Assembly: GCA_965224705.1 (NCBI GenBank)
Contig: OZ245056.1
Span: 640,001-704,000, forward strand
Length of the DNA stretch: 64,000 nt
Direction of reading: 5' to 3'
Origin: Spirochaetaceae bacterium
GTDB taxonomy: Bacteria > Spirochaetota > Spirochaetia > DSM-2461
The number at the start of each line of letters is the position of its first letter. Position 1 is the first letter of the stretch. Under the pieces are notes generated by a model. That model had not been told where the DNA came from and did no database searches. It saw only the letters and a list, made by a program, of their open reading frames with translations. Positions 20,103-32,467 of the stretch are shown one piece after another. Position numbers and translations under genes: made by a program.

Positions 20103-21826
20103 TTAAGTCCCCATGCAATGCTGATCTTCTGACGTTTAAACCTTTCAGTTCCAACATCGAAAAAGAAACGGGAAACAAATAGTGCTGTAAATAGGGAACA
20201 ACCGATTCCCCAGGCCAGGGTAACAGCAAAACCTTGAATCGGTCCTTTCGCAAGCTGTGAAAGAAAGAGAGCTGCTATGAGGGTTGTTATCTGCGCATCC
20301 ATAACTGTCCAGAAAGCCTTCTTAAAACCGGTATCCACTGCGACTGAACGGCTTTTACCCAGCCTTAATTCTTCCTTGATTCTCTCGAAAATGATGACAT
20401 TGGCATCCACGGACATGCCAACTGTAAGGATAAGACCCGCAATGCTGGTCATTGTAAGTGTGAAATTGAAACTTGAGAGTAATGAGGTAAGCAGAAAAAG
20501 GTTTATGGCCAGGGCTGTATCGGCTATGATTCCTGCCCCTTTGTACCAGACAATCATGAAGATGAATACAGCTGCGAAACCAATAAGAATGGCCCGAATT
20601 CCAGATTGAATGGTATCTGCTCCCAGGGAGGCACCAACAGATTGCAGGTTTCGTACCCCCAGTTGTACTGGCAGGGAACCTGTACGGAGAACAACGGCAA
20701 GATCGTTGGCCTGATCATAATCGAAACCTGTCACACTCACGCTACCGCCAGCTATTGTTTCCGAAATCCTCGCATACGCCTTTACTTTGTCGTCAAGTAC
20801 AACGGCCATTGACTTCTGTACATTTTCCGATGTGAGATTCTGAAAAAGAGTTGCTCCCTCCGCATCGAGTCGGAAAGTAACCGTAGGCCTCAGGGTATTG
20901 GGGTCAGTTTCTGGTCTGGCCTCCCGGATATGAGTACCATCCAGCCCTGGAGTATCAGGCACCACAATCCAATCAATGAAGCGATCAATACCATAATTGT
21001 CCTTGGTATAGTATCCCATTACCACAAGTCCTTCGGCCAGAGTATCATTTTCAACTGGTCGGCCATCAACGATTTTTCCGCCCGTGGCCACATAATCCCT
21101 GACGGCTTGAGTCCCTTCGTCATCAACAATACGGAAACTCAGGGAACCCCGTCCCATCAGGAAGGAATTGATCCGGCCGGGATCGGCTTCACCAGGAATT
21201 TCTATAAGGATGGAATCATCAAGTTGTCTGCGGATCTGGGGTTCGGTAACCCCAAAAGTATCAATTCTATTATTGATAACTTCCAGAGCGGATTCCAGAG
21301 CTGCCGATCTATCATCTGCTGACAATACCTCAGTGGATTCGTTTTCAAGGGAAGTGAAATCCGGCTCCAGAACAACACTCAGTCCACCGGACAGATCCAA
21401 TCCCAGAGCAAGAATGCGATTCTTAGTGTTTTTCAGATCCAGAATTTTCTGGCGATTATAGTTTTCAATGGATGTTTGAATTTCATCGTAGTCACGGAAA
21501 CCATTGAGCACTGCGGCAAGGGTCCAGTCTTTTGGTACGCTTTCATCTTTTTGACGATAATGCTCCTTCGCCATAGTGAGTAAGAAATTGTACTCAACGG
21601 GTAAAGGCTCTTCCAACTTCACCGAATTACTTCCAAGTTCTTTGATTTCAGCTACAGTTTCAGCAGCATCATTCTCAGCCCAGAGTCTGATTTCTTCCCG
21701 CGTACTGTTTGCCAGAGATTTGGTTTCCCGGTCGATTAAAAAGTACCACTCAATTGTTGGATAAAGAAAAACCATCCCCAATCCCACACAGATCAGGATT
21801 AGAAACAGACGCATCAATTTGGTCAT
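20099..21826 (-). CDS. secD: Protein translocase subunit SecD
   Basis: LGLDLSGG and GMSVDANVIIFERIKEE motifs. Confidence 0.96.
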   Translation of the reverse strand: MTKLMRLFLILICVGLGMVFLYPTIEWYFLIDRETKSLANSTREEIRLWAENDAAETVAEIKELGSNSVKLEEPLPVEYNFLLTMAKEHYRQKDESVPKDWTLAAVLNGFRDYDEIQTSIENYNRQKILDLKNTKNRILALGLDLSGGLSVVLEPDFTSLENESTEVLSADDRSAALESALEVINNRIDTFGVTEPQIRRQLDDSILIEIPGEADPGRINSFLMGRGSLSFRIVDDEGTQAVRDYVATGGKIVDGRPVENDTLAEGLVVMGYYTKDNYGIDRFIDWIVVPDTPGLDGTHIREARPETDPNTLRPTVTFRLDAEGATLFQNLTSENVQKSMAVVLDDKVKAYARISETIAGGSVSVTGFDYDQANDLAVVLRTGSLPVQLGVRNLQSVGASLGADTIQSGIRAILIGFAAVFIFMIVWYKGAGIIADTALAINLFLLTSLLSSFNFTLTMTSIAGLILTVGMSVDANVIIFERIKEELRLGKSRSVAVDTGFKKAFWTVMDAQITTLIAALFLSQLAKGPIQGFAVTLAWGIGCSLFTALFVSRFFFDVGTERFKRQKISIAWGLK

Positions 21827-21847
21827 GTATTACATCTCCGATATGCG

Positions 21848-22249
21848 TTATTTCACATCTTCAGACGTTTTATCAGTCTTTTTCTCTTCAATGGAGGCCT
21901 TGCTTGAAGGAGCAGTTTCCTGAGTTGTACTACTGACATCAACAGAACCAATTGCTGTTTTGACAAACTCAAGTGTGGCTCCCTTGTGATCCACCTCGAC
22001 AACAACAGTTTTATCTGTGATGTTTTTCACTACTCCTTTTATACCTCCGATACTCGTTACCCGATCACCCTTTTTTATAGCTGCGAGCATGTTCTTTGTT
22101 TCTTTCTGCTTCTTTCGCTGGGGACGAATAATGAGAAGCCAGAAGACCGCAAAAACTGCGACTATCATGCCGATTTGAACCATGCTGCCCTGCGATGATC
22201 CACCAGAGCTGCCCGATGCAGCACCCAGGAGTAATGAAATATTTAACAT
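21848..22249 (-). CDS. yajC: Preprotein translocase subunit YajC
   Basis: IRPQRKKQK and GDRVTSIGG; lies upstream of secD. Confidence 0.95.
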   Translation of the reverse strand: MLNISLLLGAASGSSGGSSQGSMVQIGMIVAVFAVFWLLIIRPQRKKQKETKNMLAAIKKGDRVTSIGGIKGVVKNITDKTVVVEVDHKGATLEFVKTAIGSVDVSSTTQETAPSSKASIEEKKTDKTSEDVK

Positions 22250-22376
22250 TTATTTGCCTGCCTTAACAATGATACGTCCGAGTTTACACATCCAGACGCA
22301 ACTTGGATTATATTGAATATCGAGAAACCATAACATAACACAACAGGATTCGTCAATCAATTATCCGGGTTCTTAG

Positions 22377-22670
22377 TCAAATCACACGAACGCCGATTAT
22401 ACTGTCTGATGGCGGCTGCACTCCAAACACCCTGCTGAGATCTTCAATTTCATCATATTTTACTGGTGAAATGGAATTGAACTTCTCCAGAACTAATTCT
22501 GAGCCCCTGCGATCCTGATCAAATACGGCACTTCTGTATGCAACTTGAAACAAACCCTTCTCAGTCAATTCCTGTATGCTCAACTGCCTGTATCTGGAAC
22601 GAGACCGCTTATCGACAATGGCATGATTGCCATCAAAACCAATAGCAAAGACATATTCATCTCTTTTCAA
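22377..22670 (-). CDS. Hypothetical protein
   Basis: 97-aa ORF with an AGGAGGA RBS before a TTG start. Confidence 0.65.
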   Translation of the reverse strand: MKRDEYVFAIGFDGNHAIVDKRSRSRYRQLSIQELTEKGLFQVAYRSAVFDQDRRGSELVLEKFNSISPVKYDEIEDLSRVFGVQPPSDSIIGVRVI

Positions 22671-22699
22671 GCATTCCTCCTGCCAGTCAATTAAGCCCT

Positions 22700-22740
22700 G
22701 ACACAGCAGATACAGCTGGAAATGCTTTATCTGCCGTGTT
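22700..22740 (-). terminator. Hairpin downstream of groEL
   Basis: GACAC-AGCAGATA...TATCTGC-CGTGTT imperfect stem. Confidence 0.4.
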
Positions 22741-22765
22741 ATTAATATGGATCAGTGTGATGAAA

Positions 22766-24424
<1,659 letters not shown>

Positions 24425-24516
24425 CTATTTATTAGGTATAAAATTAGATTATGGGTGTACTATGCCAATCGATAGCATTCTTCCCGGATAGAACATACAA
24501 AAAACATGAAAATTCA

Positions 24517-25230
24517 TCAAGAGAAATCGAAATCTCCACTATACACTGGAAATAAAGAATCATTTCCAGTATTCAACAACAGGGCTCCATCATTATTCAA
24601 ACCAGCAACATGCCCACAACAAATCTGTTTTCCCGCAGCATCACCCAGGATAATTTTCACCTTCCTGTTCTTATACGCCAGTCGATGTATCACTTCGCTG
24701 AGAGGGGCAGGGTGTTCCAGAAGCTGGTGAAATTCGCCAAGAATGCCCTTCAGCTCTTCCTCTGCGTCCACCCTGTAACCAAGAATTTCAGATATTCCTT
24801 TCGCCGGGGAACGCAGCCCGGCCGAGAAACTGCCCAATTCGAGATTCAATCCCATTCCAGCCAGAAAGTAATTCTTTTCCACCTCAATAAGGATGCCGGC
24901 AATCTTGTACCCGGACAGCAGAACATCGTTGGGCCATTTTATCTGAGGACTGAGGCTGTAGGATTTTTCAAGATGCATGCAGAGTGCGAGGGCAAGAACT
25001 TGAGTCAGAGGGTATTGGGTAACTGAAGATTTTTTATCAAGAAGAACTGTATACAGAAGGGATGAGACTCCATTCTCCCATTGACGTCCCTGTAATCTGC
25101 CCCTGCCGGCATTCTGTGTTTCAGCCAGACACACGGTTCCATGACCGTAGCCATTTCGTATGGCTTCCCGTGCATCATCCATGGTGGATCCCGTGACTTC
25201 TTTGCGGATTATATGAACAGGAAAGGACAT
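24517..25230 (-). CDS. birA: Biotin-protein ligase (no HTH)
   Basis: STM, QxAGRGR, KWPND and KIAGIL motifs. Confidence 0.93.
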   Translation of the reverse strand: MSFPVHIIRKEVTGSTMDDAREAIRNGYGHGTVCLAETQNAGRGRLQGRQWENGVSSLLYTVLLDKKSSVTQYPLTQVLALALCMHLEKSYSLSPQIKWPNDVLLSGYKIAGILIEVEKNYFLAGMGLNLELGSFSAGLRSPAKGISEILGYRVDAEEELKGILGEFHQLLEHPAPLSEVIHRLAYKNRKVKIILGDAAGKQICCGHVAGLNNDGALLLNTGNDSLFPVYSGDFDFS

Positions 25231-25304
25231 ATGATGATTATACGGCTTGAAAGTCTTGTCTGTAAGGCCTGAAAAAAATATGCTTTAGAACTGATCCTGG
25301 AGGT

Positions 25305-26360
25305 TTGAAATTGTTAGCAGCAGTCATGGGAGCAACCGGTTACACTGGCCGTGTGCTTATGAGATTACTCATGGAACATCCCGCCGTGCATTCCATACTT
25401 CCTGTATCAACTTCAGCCGCCGGGGAGAAGGTTAGCAGACTTGATCCGGGATTTGGAGTGCATTTTTCTTCAAAACTCCCTGAAGATGGATGCTTTGTCA
25501 CTCGCAGGGAAGCCCTGTTGAGAAAACCTGATGCGGTATTCTCAGCACTCCCGGCGGGAGATTCAGCCCTTTTCTGTGAACCCTTTTTTGGTAAGGCCGT
25601 GGTGTTTGACCTTTCGGCAGACTTCCGCCTGAAGAATTCCATGAACCACGAATCGGCTTACGGGTGTCCTGCCCCATTCCCATCCTGGCGGGACAATGCT
25701 GTTTACGGTCTGACGGAGGTGAATCCCAGGAAGATTGCGGAAGCAGACATCATTGCTGTCCCCGGCTGCTATCCCACCTGTGTCCTGCTTCCGCTGATTC
25801 CCCTTGTACAGGCAGGGCACATAGCCGGTCATATAGTGGTCAATGCCCTGAGCGGAATATCCGGAGCCGGTAAAAAACCCGGCGAAAAAACCATGTTTGT
25901 AGAACGTGCTGAGAGTGCTGTGGCCTATAATCCTGGACGAACTCATCGGCATGTACCGGAAATGCAGCAAGCCCTGGAGGAGTATGACTACCAATACCCA
26001 TTGTTCTTTACCCCCCACCTTGTACCCATGAGGCGGGGCATGGAAGCAACCATTTGCACATCTCCCCTGGAGTCTTCCAGTGAAGAGGATATCACCCACA
26101 CACTGGAATCCTTCTATAGGGATTCCCCTTTTGTTCAACTGATCCGCCATGAAATACCGGATACAAGGAATGTTGTCGGTTCCAATCGATGTGATATTGG
26201 ATGGCGTATTGTGGACAGCCCAAAAGGAGGTAAGATGCTTTACATCTTCAGTACCATTGACAATCTGATGAAGGGCGCTTCCGGTCAGGCTGTGCAAAAT
26301 ATGAATGTTCGCTTTGGATTACCAGAAACGGATGGTTTACCTCTGATGGGTGAGGTATGA
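25305..26360 (+). CDS. argC: N-acetyl-gamma-glutamyl-phosphate reductase
   Basis: GATGYTG, DLSADFR, PGCYPT, SGAG and DNLMKGASGQA motifs. Confidence 0.95.
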   Translation: MKLLAAVMGATGYTGRVLMRLLMEHPAVHSILPVSTSAAGEKVSRLDPGFGVHFSSKLPEDGCFVTRREALLRKPDAVFSALPAGDSALFCEPFFGKAVVFDLSADFRLKNSMNHESAYGCPAPFPSWRDNAVYGLTEVNPRKIAEADIIAVPGCYPTCVLLPLIPLVQAGHIAGHIVVNALSGISGAGKKPGEKTMFVERAESAVAYNPGRTHRHVPEMQQALEEYDYQYPLFFTPHLVPMRRGMEATICTSPLESSSEEDITHTLESFYRDSPFVQLIRHEIPDTRNVVGSNRCDIGWRIVDSPKGGKMLYIFSTIDNLMKGASGQAVQNMNVRFGLPETDGLPLMGEV

Positions 26361-27121
26361 AGGTTCTCAAAACAGGAGGCCGCATAGCCGATGATAACCG
26401 CCTCATATCTTTTCTGGCCGATGAATTAGCCTCAAGGCACAGGGACGGTGAGAAAACACTTCTCATTCATGGCGGCGGAAAAAGCATCAGTGCTCTCCAG
26501 GAGAAGTTTAATCTGACTCCAAATTTCATCCAGGGTCTTCGACAGACAACTTCCCAGGAAATGCCCCTGGTCGACATGGCCCTGTCAGGACTGGTCAACA
26601 AAAAACTGGTTCGTCTCTTTCATGCACGGGGTATTCCGGCCTGGGGCATGTGCGGAGCTGATGCCGGTATCCTGACCGGCAGGAGCGTTGCCCCCGATGG
26701 GGGAAAAAACCTCACCGGGCATGTAACGGAGGTTTCCATTGAACCGATCAAACTCCTGTGGAAGGAGAATTACTTTCCCATCCTCGCCCCGCCGGCCATG
26801 GATGCTGACAGCCATGCTTTGAATATCAATGCAGATGAAGCAGCCCTGTCGATGGCCATTGCCCTCAGAGCCTCACATCTGATTTTCATGTCAGATGTAC
26901 CGGGAGTTCTTCGGGATGGCCGTGTTATTAAAAAGATTACACCAAAAGAATCGGAAAAGCTTATTGAAGACGGAGTCGTGACTGGAGGAATGATTCCTAA
27001 ACTGAGATCCTCTGTTGCAGCTCTCAAAGCCGGAGTCGGCACTGTAATAATTGCAGCCTATGATGGAAACGGCTGCTTATCCAGGATACTGGAAGGAGAA
27101 TATGGAACAACGATCCGATAA
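26357..27121 (+). CDS. argB: Acetylglutamate kinase
   Basis: KxGG, HGGG, NINAD and GGMIPK motifs. Confidence 0.93.
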   Translation: MKVLKTGGRIADDNRLISFLADELASRHRDGEKTLLIHGGGKSISALQEKFNLTPNFIQGLRQTTSQEMPLVDMALSGLVNKKLVRLFHARGIPAWGMCGADAGILTGRSVAPDGGKNLTGHVTEVSIEPIKLLWKENYFPILAPPAMDADSHALNINADEAALSMAIALRASHLIFMSDVPGVLRDGRVIKKITPKESEKLIEDGVVTGGMIPKLRSSVAALKAGVGTVIIAAYDGNGCLSRILEGEYGTTIR

Positions 27122-28373
27122 GAATTACCACAGCAGGAATACAGCATTGGGAGCCGAAGTCATCAATCATCCCCTGCCTGATCAGTATGGAGAGAGATTA
27201 CTGGTTTTTGATCACGGAGAAGGATGTCGGCTGTACGATGAATCTGGCAGGGAGTACCTTGATATGGGTTCCGGTATAGCGGTTAATTCCCTTGGTTATG
27301 GACGGATTGATTTCGCCAAGATTGCTTATGAACAGATGAAGAAGCTTGTTCATGTGTCCAATCTTTACACAACAAGACCACAACTGGATCTGGCGGAAAG
27401 AGTTCTTGATTTAAGCAATTCCAGGGGTTTTCAGACAACATTCACGGCTGTGAATTTTGGCAACTCAGGGACTGAGGCCAATGAAGCCGCATTGAAATAT
27501 GCCCGTCTGTATGCACTTGCCCACAAAGGGTCCGGTCATCATCGATTCATTTCATTCGAGAATGCTTTTCATGGCCGCAGCATGGGATCTCTCAGTCTTA
27601 CAGCCAATCAGGCGTATAGAGAACCATTTGCCCCATTGATCCCCGGCTGTGAGATACTGCCGTTCAACGATGCAGCCGCTTTGAGAGAAACCCTGGACGA
27701 GAAGGTGGCAGGAGTTATTGTTGAACCCATTCAGGGAGAAGGCGGACTCGATAAACTCTCATCTGAATTCACAGAAGAATTGAACTCACTTTGCCGAAGA
27801 TATAATATTTTACTGATTGCAGATGAAGTTCAATCCGGTATCGGCCGCTGCGGAACATTGTTCGCCAGTGAAATAATGGGATTGGAGCCGGATATTATCA
27901 CTTTGGCCAAGGCATTTGCCGGAGGGCTTCCCCTGTCGGCCACCATTATCCCGGAGAAGGTTAATTCACTGTTGAAGCCGGGGCATCATGCCAGTACCTT
28001 TGGCGGCGGCCCGGTTACAACCAGAGTGGCTCTGAAGGTATGGGAAACCGTATCGGATCCCCTATTTCTCAGCGAGGTGAAACGCAAGGGGAAACGTATG
28101 GCCGATCTTCTCAGTCAGTGTCATGCGCCCGGAGAAGTGAGAGGAGCCGGTCTTCTCAGGGGTATCAAATTGAATCAAAAAAAGTATGATAGTGCCTGGT
28201 GCCTGAGAGTGATCAGCGCAATGAGGGACCGGGGAATCATCATCCTGAAAACCGGAGTGGATGTACTGCGATTAGCCCCTCCGCTTATTATTTCCGATGA
28301 GGAGATGGAGTATGGGGTTTCAACACTGGTAGAGGTTATGCAGGACCTCTCATTGGAAAAGGAAGATTTATGA
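27102..28373 (+). CDS. argD: Acetylornithine aminotransferase
   Basis: NSGTEANE, FHGR, EPIQGEGG, DEVQSG and TLAK. Start moved to MEQRS, which has an AAGGAG RBS. Confidence 0.92.
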   Translation: MEQRSDKNYHSRNTALGAEVINHPLPDQYGERLLVFDHGEGCRLYDESGREYLDMGSGIAVNSLGYGRIDFAKIAYEQMKKLVHVSNLYTTRPQLDLAERVLDLSNSRGFQTTFTAVNFGNSGTEANEAALKYARLYALAHKGSGHHRFISFENAFHGRSMGSLSLTANQAYREPFAPLIPGCEILPFNDAAALRETLDEKVAGVIVEPIQGEGGLDKLSSEFTEELNSLCRRYNILLIADEVQSGIGRCGTLFASEIMGLEPDIITLAKAFAGGLPLSATIIPEKVNSLLKPGHHASTFGGGPVTTRVALKVWETVSDPLFLSEVKRKGKRMADLLSQCHAPGEVRGAGLLRGIKLNQKKYDSAWCLRVISAMRDRGIIILKTGVDVLRLAPPLIISDEEMEYGVSTLVEVMQDLSLEKEDL

Positions 28374-29647
28374 AAAACAGCAGCAAAGTCAAAAAGATAT
28401 GTCTGGCTTATTCAGGTGGACTGGATACGTCTATAATAATGCCATGGTTGAAGGAGAATTATAACAATCCGGACATCATTGCAGTATGCACAAATGTGGG
28501 TCAGAAGGAAGATTGGGATGCTGTAAAGAAAAAGGCCTACGCCTCGGGAGCCTCGAAGTACTTCCTTATTGACTGCCAGGAAGAATTTGTGAGTGAGTAC
28601 CTGTATCCAATGGCAAGAGCCGGGGCCGTCTACGAAGGCCAGTACCTTCTTGGAACGGCTATTGCACGGCCCCTTCAAGCAGGAAAACAGGTTGAAACAG
28701 CCCTGGCCGAAGGCTGTGATGCCCTGGCCCACGGCTGTACAGGCAAAGGAAACGACCAGGTACGCTTTGAGTTGACATATAAGGCCCTGGCCCCCCATCT
28801 TAAGGTTATTGCTCCCTGGCGGCTCTGGGACATACACAGCCGTGAGCAGGCCATTGCCTATGCCGAAGAAAAAAAACTTGATCTCGGTACAATTTCGGCA
28901 AAAAACATCTACAGCCGTGACTGGAACATGTGGCATATGAGTCATGAGGGGGGGCAGTTGGAAAACCCCTGGCAGGCACCGGACGAGGAAATGTTCCGCC
29001 TGTCAAAAAGTCCCCTGGAAGCACCGGACAAAACCGAGGAAATCACTATCGAATTCGAAAAAGGTATTCCTGTTGGACTGAACGGCAAAAAAATGAACGC
29101 CCTGCCCCTGCTGGCTGAACTCAACACTCTGGGAGCCGCCAATGGAATAGGCCGTGCCGATATCGTGGAAACCAGAATGATTGGGATGAAAAGCCGCGGC
29201 ATCTATGAAACACCGGGAGGAACAATTCTTCATACGGCCCTCAGGGATCTGGAAAGATTTACAATCAACTTTGATGCCCTGAACATCAAGCAGAAACTTG
29301 CCCAGTACTATTCAGATTTAGTGTATGCAGGAAAATGGTTCACAACGGCACGCATAGGACTGGAAACCTATATGGAATCCGTGACAGCCTACACAACCGG
29401 ATCGGTAAGAGTGTCCCTGTACAAAGGAAATGTCTCTGTTACCGGCCGTCAATCACCATACGCCCTGTACCTGGAAGATTTGGCCAGTTTTGGGGAGACC
29501 GGATATGATCATGCTGATGCAGAGGGATTCATAAATCTCTATGGATTGTCCACCGGAGTGACCGCCATGGTGCAAAAAGGTCTGGAAGATAGTTCGGGGC
29601 AGGCGGTAGCAATGAAACAGGTGGCGGCCAATTTCCATGATAAGTAA
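28370..29647 (+). CDS. argG: Argininosuccinate synthase
   Basis: AYSGGLDTS and HGCTGKGNDQVRFE motifs. Confidence 0.97.
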   Translation: MKNSSKVKKICLAYSGGLDTSIIMPWLKENYNNPDIIAVCTNVGQKEDWDAVKKKAYASGASKYFLIDCQEEFVSEYLYPMARAGAVYEGQYLLGTAIARPLQAGKQVETALAEGCDALAHGCTGKGNDQVRFELTYKALAPHLKVIAPWRLWDIHSREQAIAYAEEKKLDLGTISAKNIYSRDWNMWHMSHEGGQLENPWQAPDEEMFRLSKSPLEAPDKTEEITIEFEKGIPVGLNGKKMNALPLLAELNTLGAANGIGRADIVETRMIGMKSRGIYETPGGTILHTALRDLERFTINFDALNIKQKLAQYYSDLVYAGKWFTTARIGLETYMESVTAYTTGSVRVSLYKGNVSVTGRQSPYALYLEDLASFGETGYDHADAEGFINLYGLSTGVTAMVQKGLEDSSGQAVAMKQVAANFHDK

Positions 29648-29653
29648 ATTCGA

Positions 29654-31030
29654 TCAGCACAATTCTTGAGAGCACAATCCAGCAAGATCGGGATCGTCCC
29701 CCTGATTGATGGATTTTACCCGAACGGAAAACAGCCGGTTCTGCACCTCATCGGGTGATTTTTTCCCCGGTACCTCGAATCGAACTGGAACATAATTAGC
29801 CGACAGACCACGGGCAACAAGTTGTTCCCGATCCCATTCAGTCCGCTCAACCAGAATTTCCTGCATGGATCCAATCATGGACTCCCGGAAAACTCTTTTT
29901 CCCCTCCTTGAAATATCCCGAATGAGTCGGCTCCTCTCCTTCTTCACCCTTTCAGGGATCTGATCGGGCATTCTGTCAGCACGGGTTCCTGTCCGTCTTG
30001 AATACGGAAATGTATGGATATGACCAAAACCCAGCCTCTCACACATGCTGGCCGTATCGGCAAAATCATTATCCGTCTCACCTGGAAATCCAACAATAAC
30101 ATCCGTTGTAAGATTGAATGATTTGATACGGCGTCGAAGCTCCCCGGCAATGCTCTCGAACCAGGCGGCTGTGTATGGCCGTTTCATAGCTTTCAGTATC
30201 CTTTCCGCCCCGGATTGGAGACACAGATGCATGTGCGGGGTCATTTTCGGATGTGCCATGAGATCCAGCAGGCCATTATCAAGGCGATCCGGTTCTATGG
30301 ATCCCAATCGCAAACGGAAGTTTCCCTGAGCATGAAGGCAGGCCTCCACCAGACTGGTAAACCCCTCTTCGCCCTCCTGCCATCGGCTCATGTTAACACC
30401 TGTTAGAACAATTTCTCTGTATCCGGAAGCAGCCGCCTCCTCAACAGCCTGAACCGTTTCCTCCAGTGAGCGGCTTATACCTCGACCGCGGACAAATGGA
30501 ATGATGCAGAAAGTACAAAAATGATCGCAGCCATCCTGCACCTTCACCATGGCTCGAGTCCGAAAAACCCGTTTTGCAACTGGATAGGCAAAGGGAGTTC
30601 TCCCGCCTTCCTGGAAATCAGATTGTATTTCTCTTTTGAAATATGCATCCACCAATTGAGGAATGCTGCTTTTATTCTCATTGCCCACAACATACGTGCG
30701 GCCGTCCGCCTCAAGTTCTTCCCTGTGTCCGTTCGCATAGCAGCCAGTCATCACAATAAGAGTTTCATCAGAGCCATGCCGTAAAGCATGAGACATTTCC
30801 GATCGGCTCTTCCTGTCAGCAGTATTGGTTACCGTGCAGGTATTGATGATAACGGCATCCACGGACTCTCTGTAATCGGCAATTTCCCAGCCCAGAGATT
30901 TGAATCCAGTGGCGATGGACTCTGTTTCAGCCTGGTTGAGTTTACAGCCCAGAGTTTTGAAGCTCACGCGCCGAGGTCTGGCCGAATGCTTCTGCACCCC
31001 TGTAAGTTCTGATGAATGAAGTGCCGACAT
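29654..31030 (-). CDS. mtaB: tRNA t6A37 methylthiotransferase MtaB
   Basis: TLGCKLNQAE, INTCTVT, and radical SAM motif KVQDGCDHFCTFC. Confidence 0.88.
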   Translation of the reverse strand: MSALHSSELTGVQKHSARPRRVSFKTLGCKLNQAETESIATGFKSLGWEIADYRESVDAVIINTCTVTNTADRKSRSEMSHALRHGSDETLIVMTGCYANGHREELEADGRTYVVGNENKSSIPQLVDAYFKREIQSDFQEGGRTPFAYPVAKRVFRTRAMVKVQDGCDHFCTFCIIPFVRGRGISRSLEETVQAVEEAAASGYREIVLTGVNMSRWQEGEEGFTSLVEACLHAQGNFRLRLGSIEPDRLDNGLLDLMAHPKMTPHMHLCLQSGAERILKAMKRPYTAAWFESIAGELRRRIKSFNLTTDVIVGFPGETDNDFADTASMCERLGFGHIHTFPYSRRTGTRADRMPDQIPERVKKERSRLIRDISRRGKRVFRESMIGSMQEILVERTEWDREQLVARGLSANYVPVRFEVPGKKSPDEVQNRLFSVRVKSINQGDDPDLAGLCSQELC

Positions 31031-32382
31031 CAGAGTGTTTCCTCCCGAACGACAACTCCTTCCATGCTCAGAGGGCGGGCACCTGTAATCTTTACCTGCG
31101 CAAATTCGCCTGTGGCTGCGCCCTCGGCTTTGAGACGCACGGGGATGCGGCCCTCTGTATACCCGGAATAGAATCCCGGCCTGCGGTTTTTCTCAGTAAC
31201 CAGAACCCGAAAAACTTTTCCAACTCTGGCTTTACTGACTGGTTCTGCAATATCAGTGAGGAGACTGCTGAGAATGTGGAAGCGGCGTTCCTTTTCCTCA
31301 CGGCTTACATTGTCTTCCCAGTCGGCACTTTTTGCCCCCGGCCGCAGGCTGTAACGGGCGATGTAGGCCATATCGTATTGAAATTCCCGCATGGCACTGG
31401 CCGTAGCCTGAAACTGCTCTTCATTCTCATCGGTGAAGCCCACGATGATGTCTGTGAACAGAGTGGAATCAGGGAGAATTCTACGGATATCATTCACCAC
31501 TGCCCGGTACCGTTCCATTGTATGGTTTCTGTTCATTTTCCGCAGAACTTCATCGTCGCCGGACTGGAGGGGGAGATGGATCCATTCGGCCAGAACAGGA
31601 TATCGGGCCATAACCTCCAGGAGTTCCCGGGTAATGTCCCGGGGATGAGGAGAAGTAAAAAAAACCCAGAAGTCCCGGCTGCTTTGCTGACCAAACTCAC
31701 CGATTTTTCTCATCAGTTGAGGGAAAGTAAGTTCATCATTCAGGCGATCCAGACCATAGGAGTTGACGTTCTGTCCCAGCAGGGTAATGGATTTGCAGTT
31801 TCCGGCCACCAGAGATTGCACCTCGGATAAGATGTCTTCTGAAGGACGGGAAATCTCCCTGCCCCGAGTGTAGGGAACAGCACAGAAGGAGCAGAATTTA
31901 TTGCAGCCGTTCTGGATCGGTACATAAGCTTCAATTCGCGATGAGTAGCTGGGTTTCACGTTCCAGAATTCTTCAATCCGCTGGCGATCCTGTGCTTCAC
32001 GCTGCAGGCTGCCCCCCGGAATGCCCGATGGTGTGGGAACACCATACTGACGTATCATTTCAGGCAGTGCGGGCAATTGATCGACAGGAAAAACAAGATC
32101 AAACAGCTTGAGGAACTTTTTCTTATCGGCGGGAAGCACACAACCGGAAAGAAAGGTTATCAGGGATTTTGTATCTCTGGTTTTATTCCATTTATGTATT
32201 TTCCCATAAACACGGTCTATGGCCTTCTGACGCACCGAACAGGCAACGATTCCCCTGAGAACAATATCGTCATCATCTTCCTGGACAGCTTCCGTGTATC
32301 CCATACCGCTGAGTACGGTTCGTATTCTCTCGGTATCCGACTTATTCATCTGGCAGCCAAATGGCACTATATGGTATTTCAT
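31030..32382 (-). CDS. miaB: tRNA i6A37 methylthiotransferase MiaB
   Basis: FGCQMNKSD, CSVR, GCNKFCSFC, LLGQNVNSYG, and a TRAM domain. Confidence 0.9.
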   Translation of the reverse strand: MKYHIVPFGCQMNKSDTERIRTVLSGMGYTEAVQEDDDDIVLRGIVACSVRQKAIDRVYGKIHKWNKTRDTKSLITFLSGCVLPADKKKFLKLFDLVFPVDQLPALPEMIRQYGVPTPSGIPGGSLQREAQDRQRIEEFWNVKPSYSSRIEAYVPIQNGCNKFCSFCAVPYTRGREISRPSEDILSEVQSLVAGNCKSITLLGQNVNSYGLDRLNDELTFPQLMRKIGEFGQQSSRDFWVFFTSPHPRDITRELLEVMARYPVLAEWIHLPLQSGDDEVLRKMNRNHTMERYRAVVNDIRRILPDSTLFTDIIVGFTDENEEQFQATASAMREFQYDMAYIARYSLRPGAKSADWEDNVSREEKERRFHILSSLLTDIAEPVSKARVGKVFRVLVTEKNRRPGFYSGYTEGRIPVRLKAEGAATGEFAQVKITGARPLSMEGVVVREETL

Positions 32383-32467
32383 TTTTCAGCCCGTATCATG
32401 AGATAATTCTATCAGTAGTACCATATTCAGGTATTCTCAGCATAGTGAACAATACTATACTCTACTA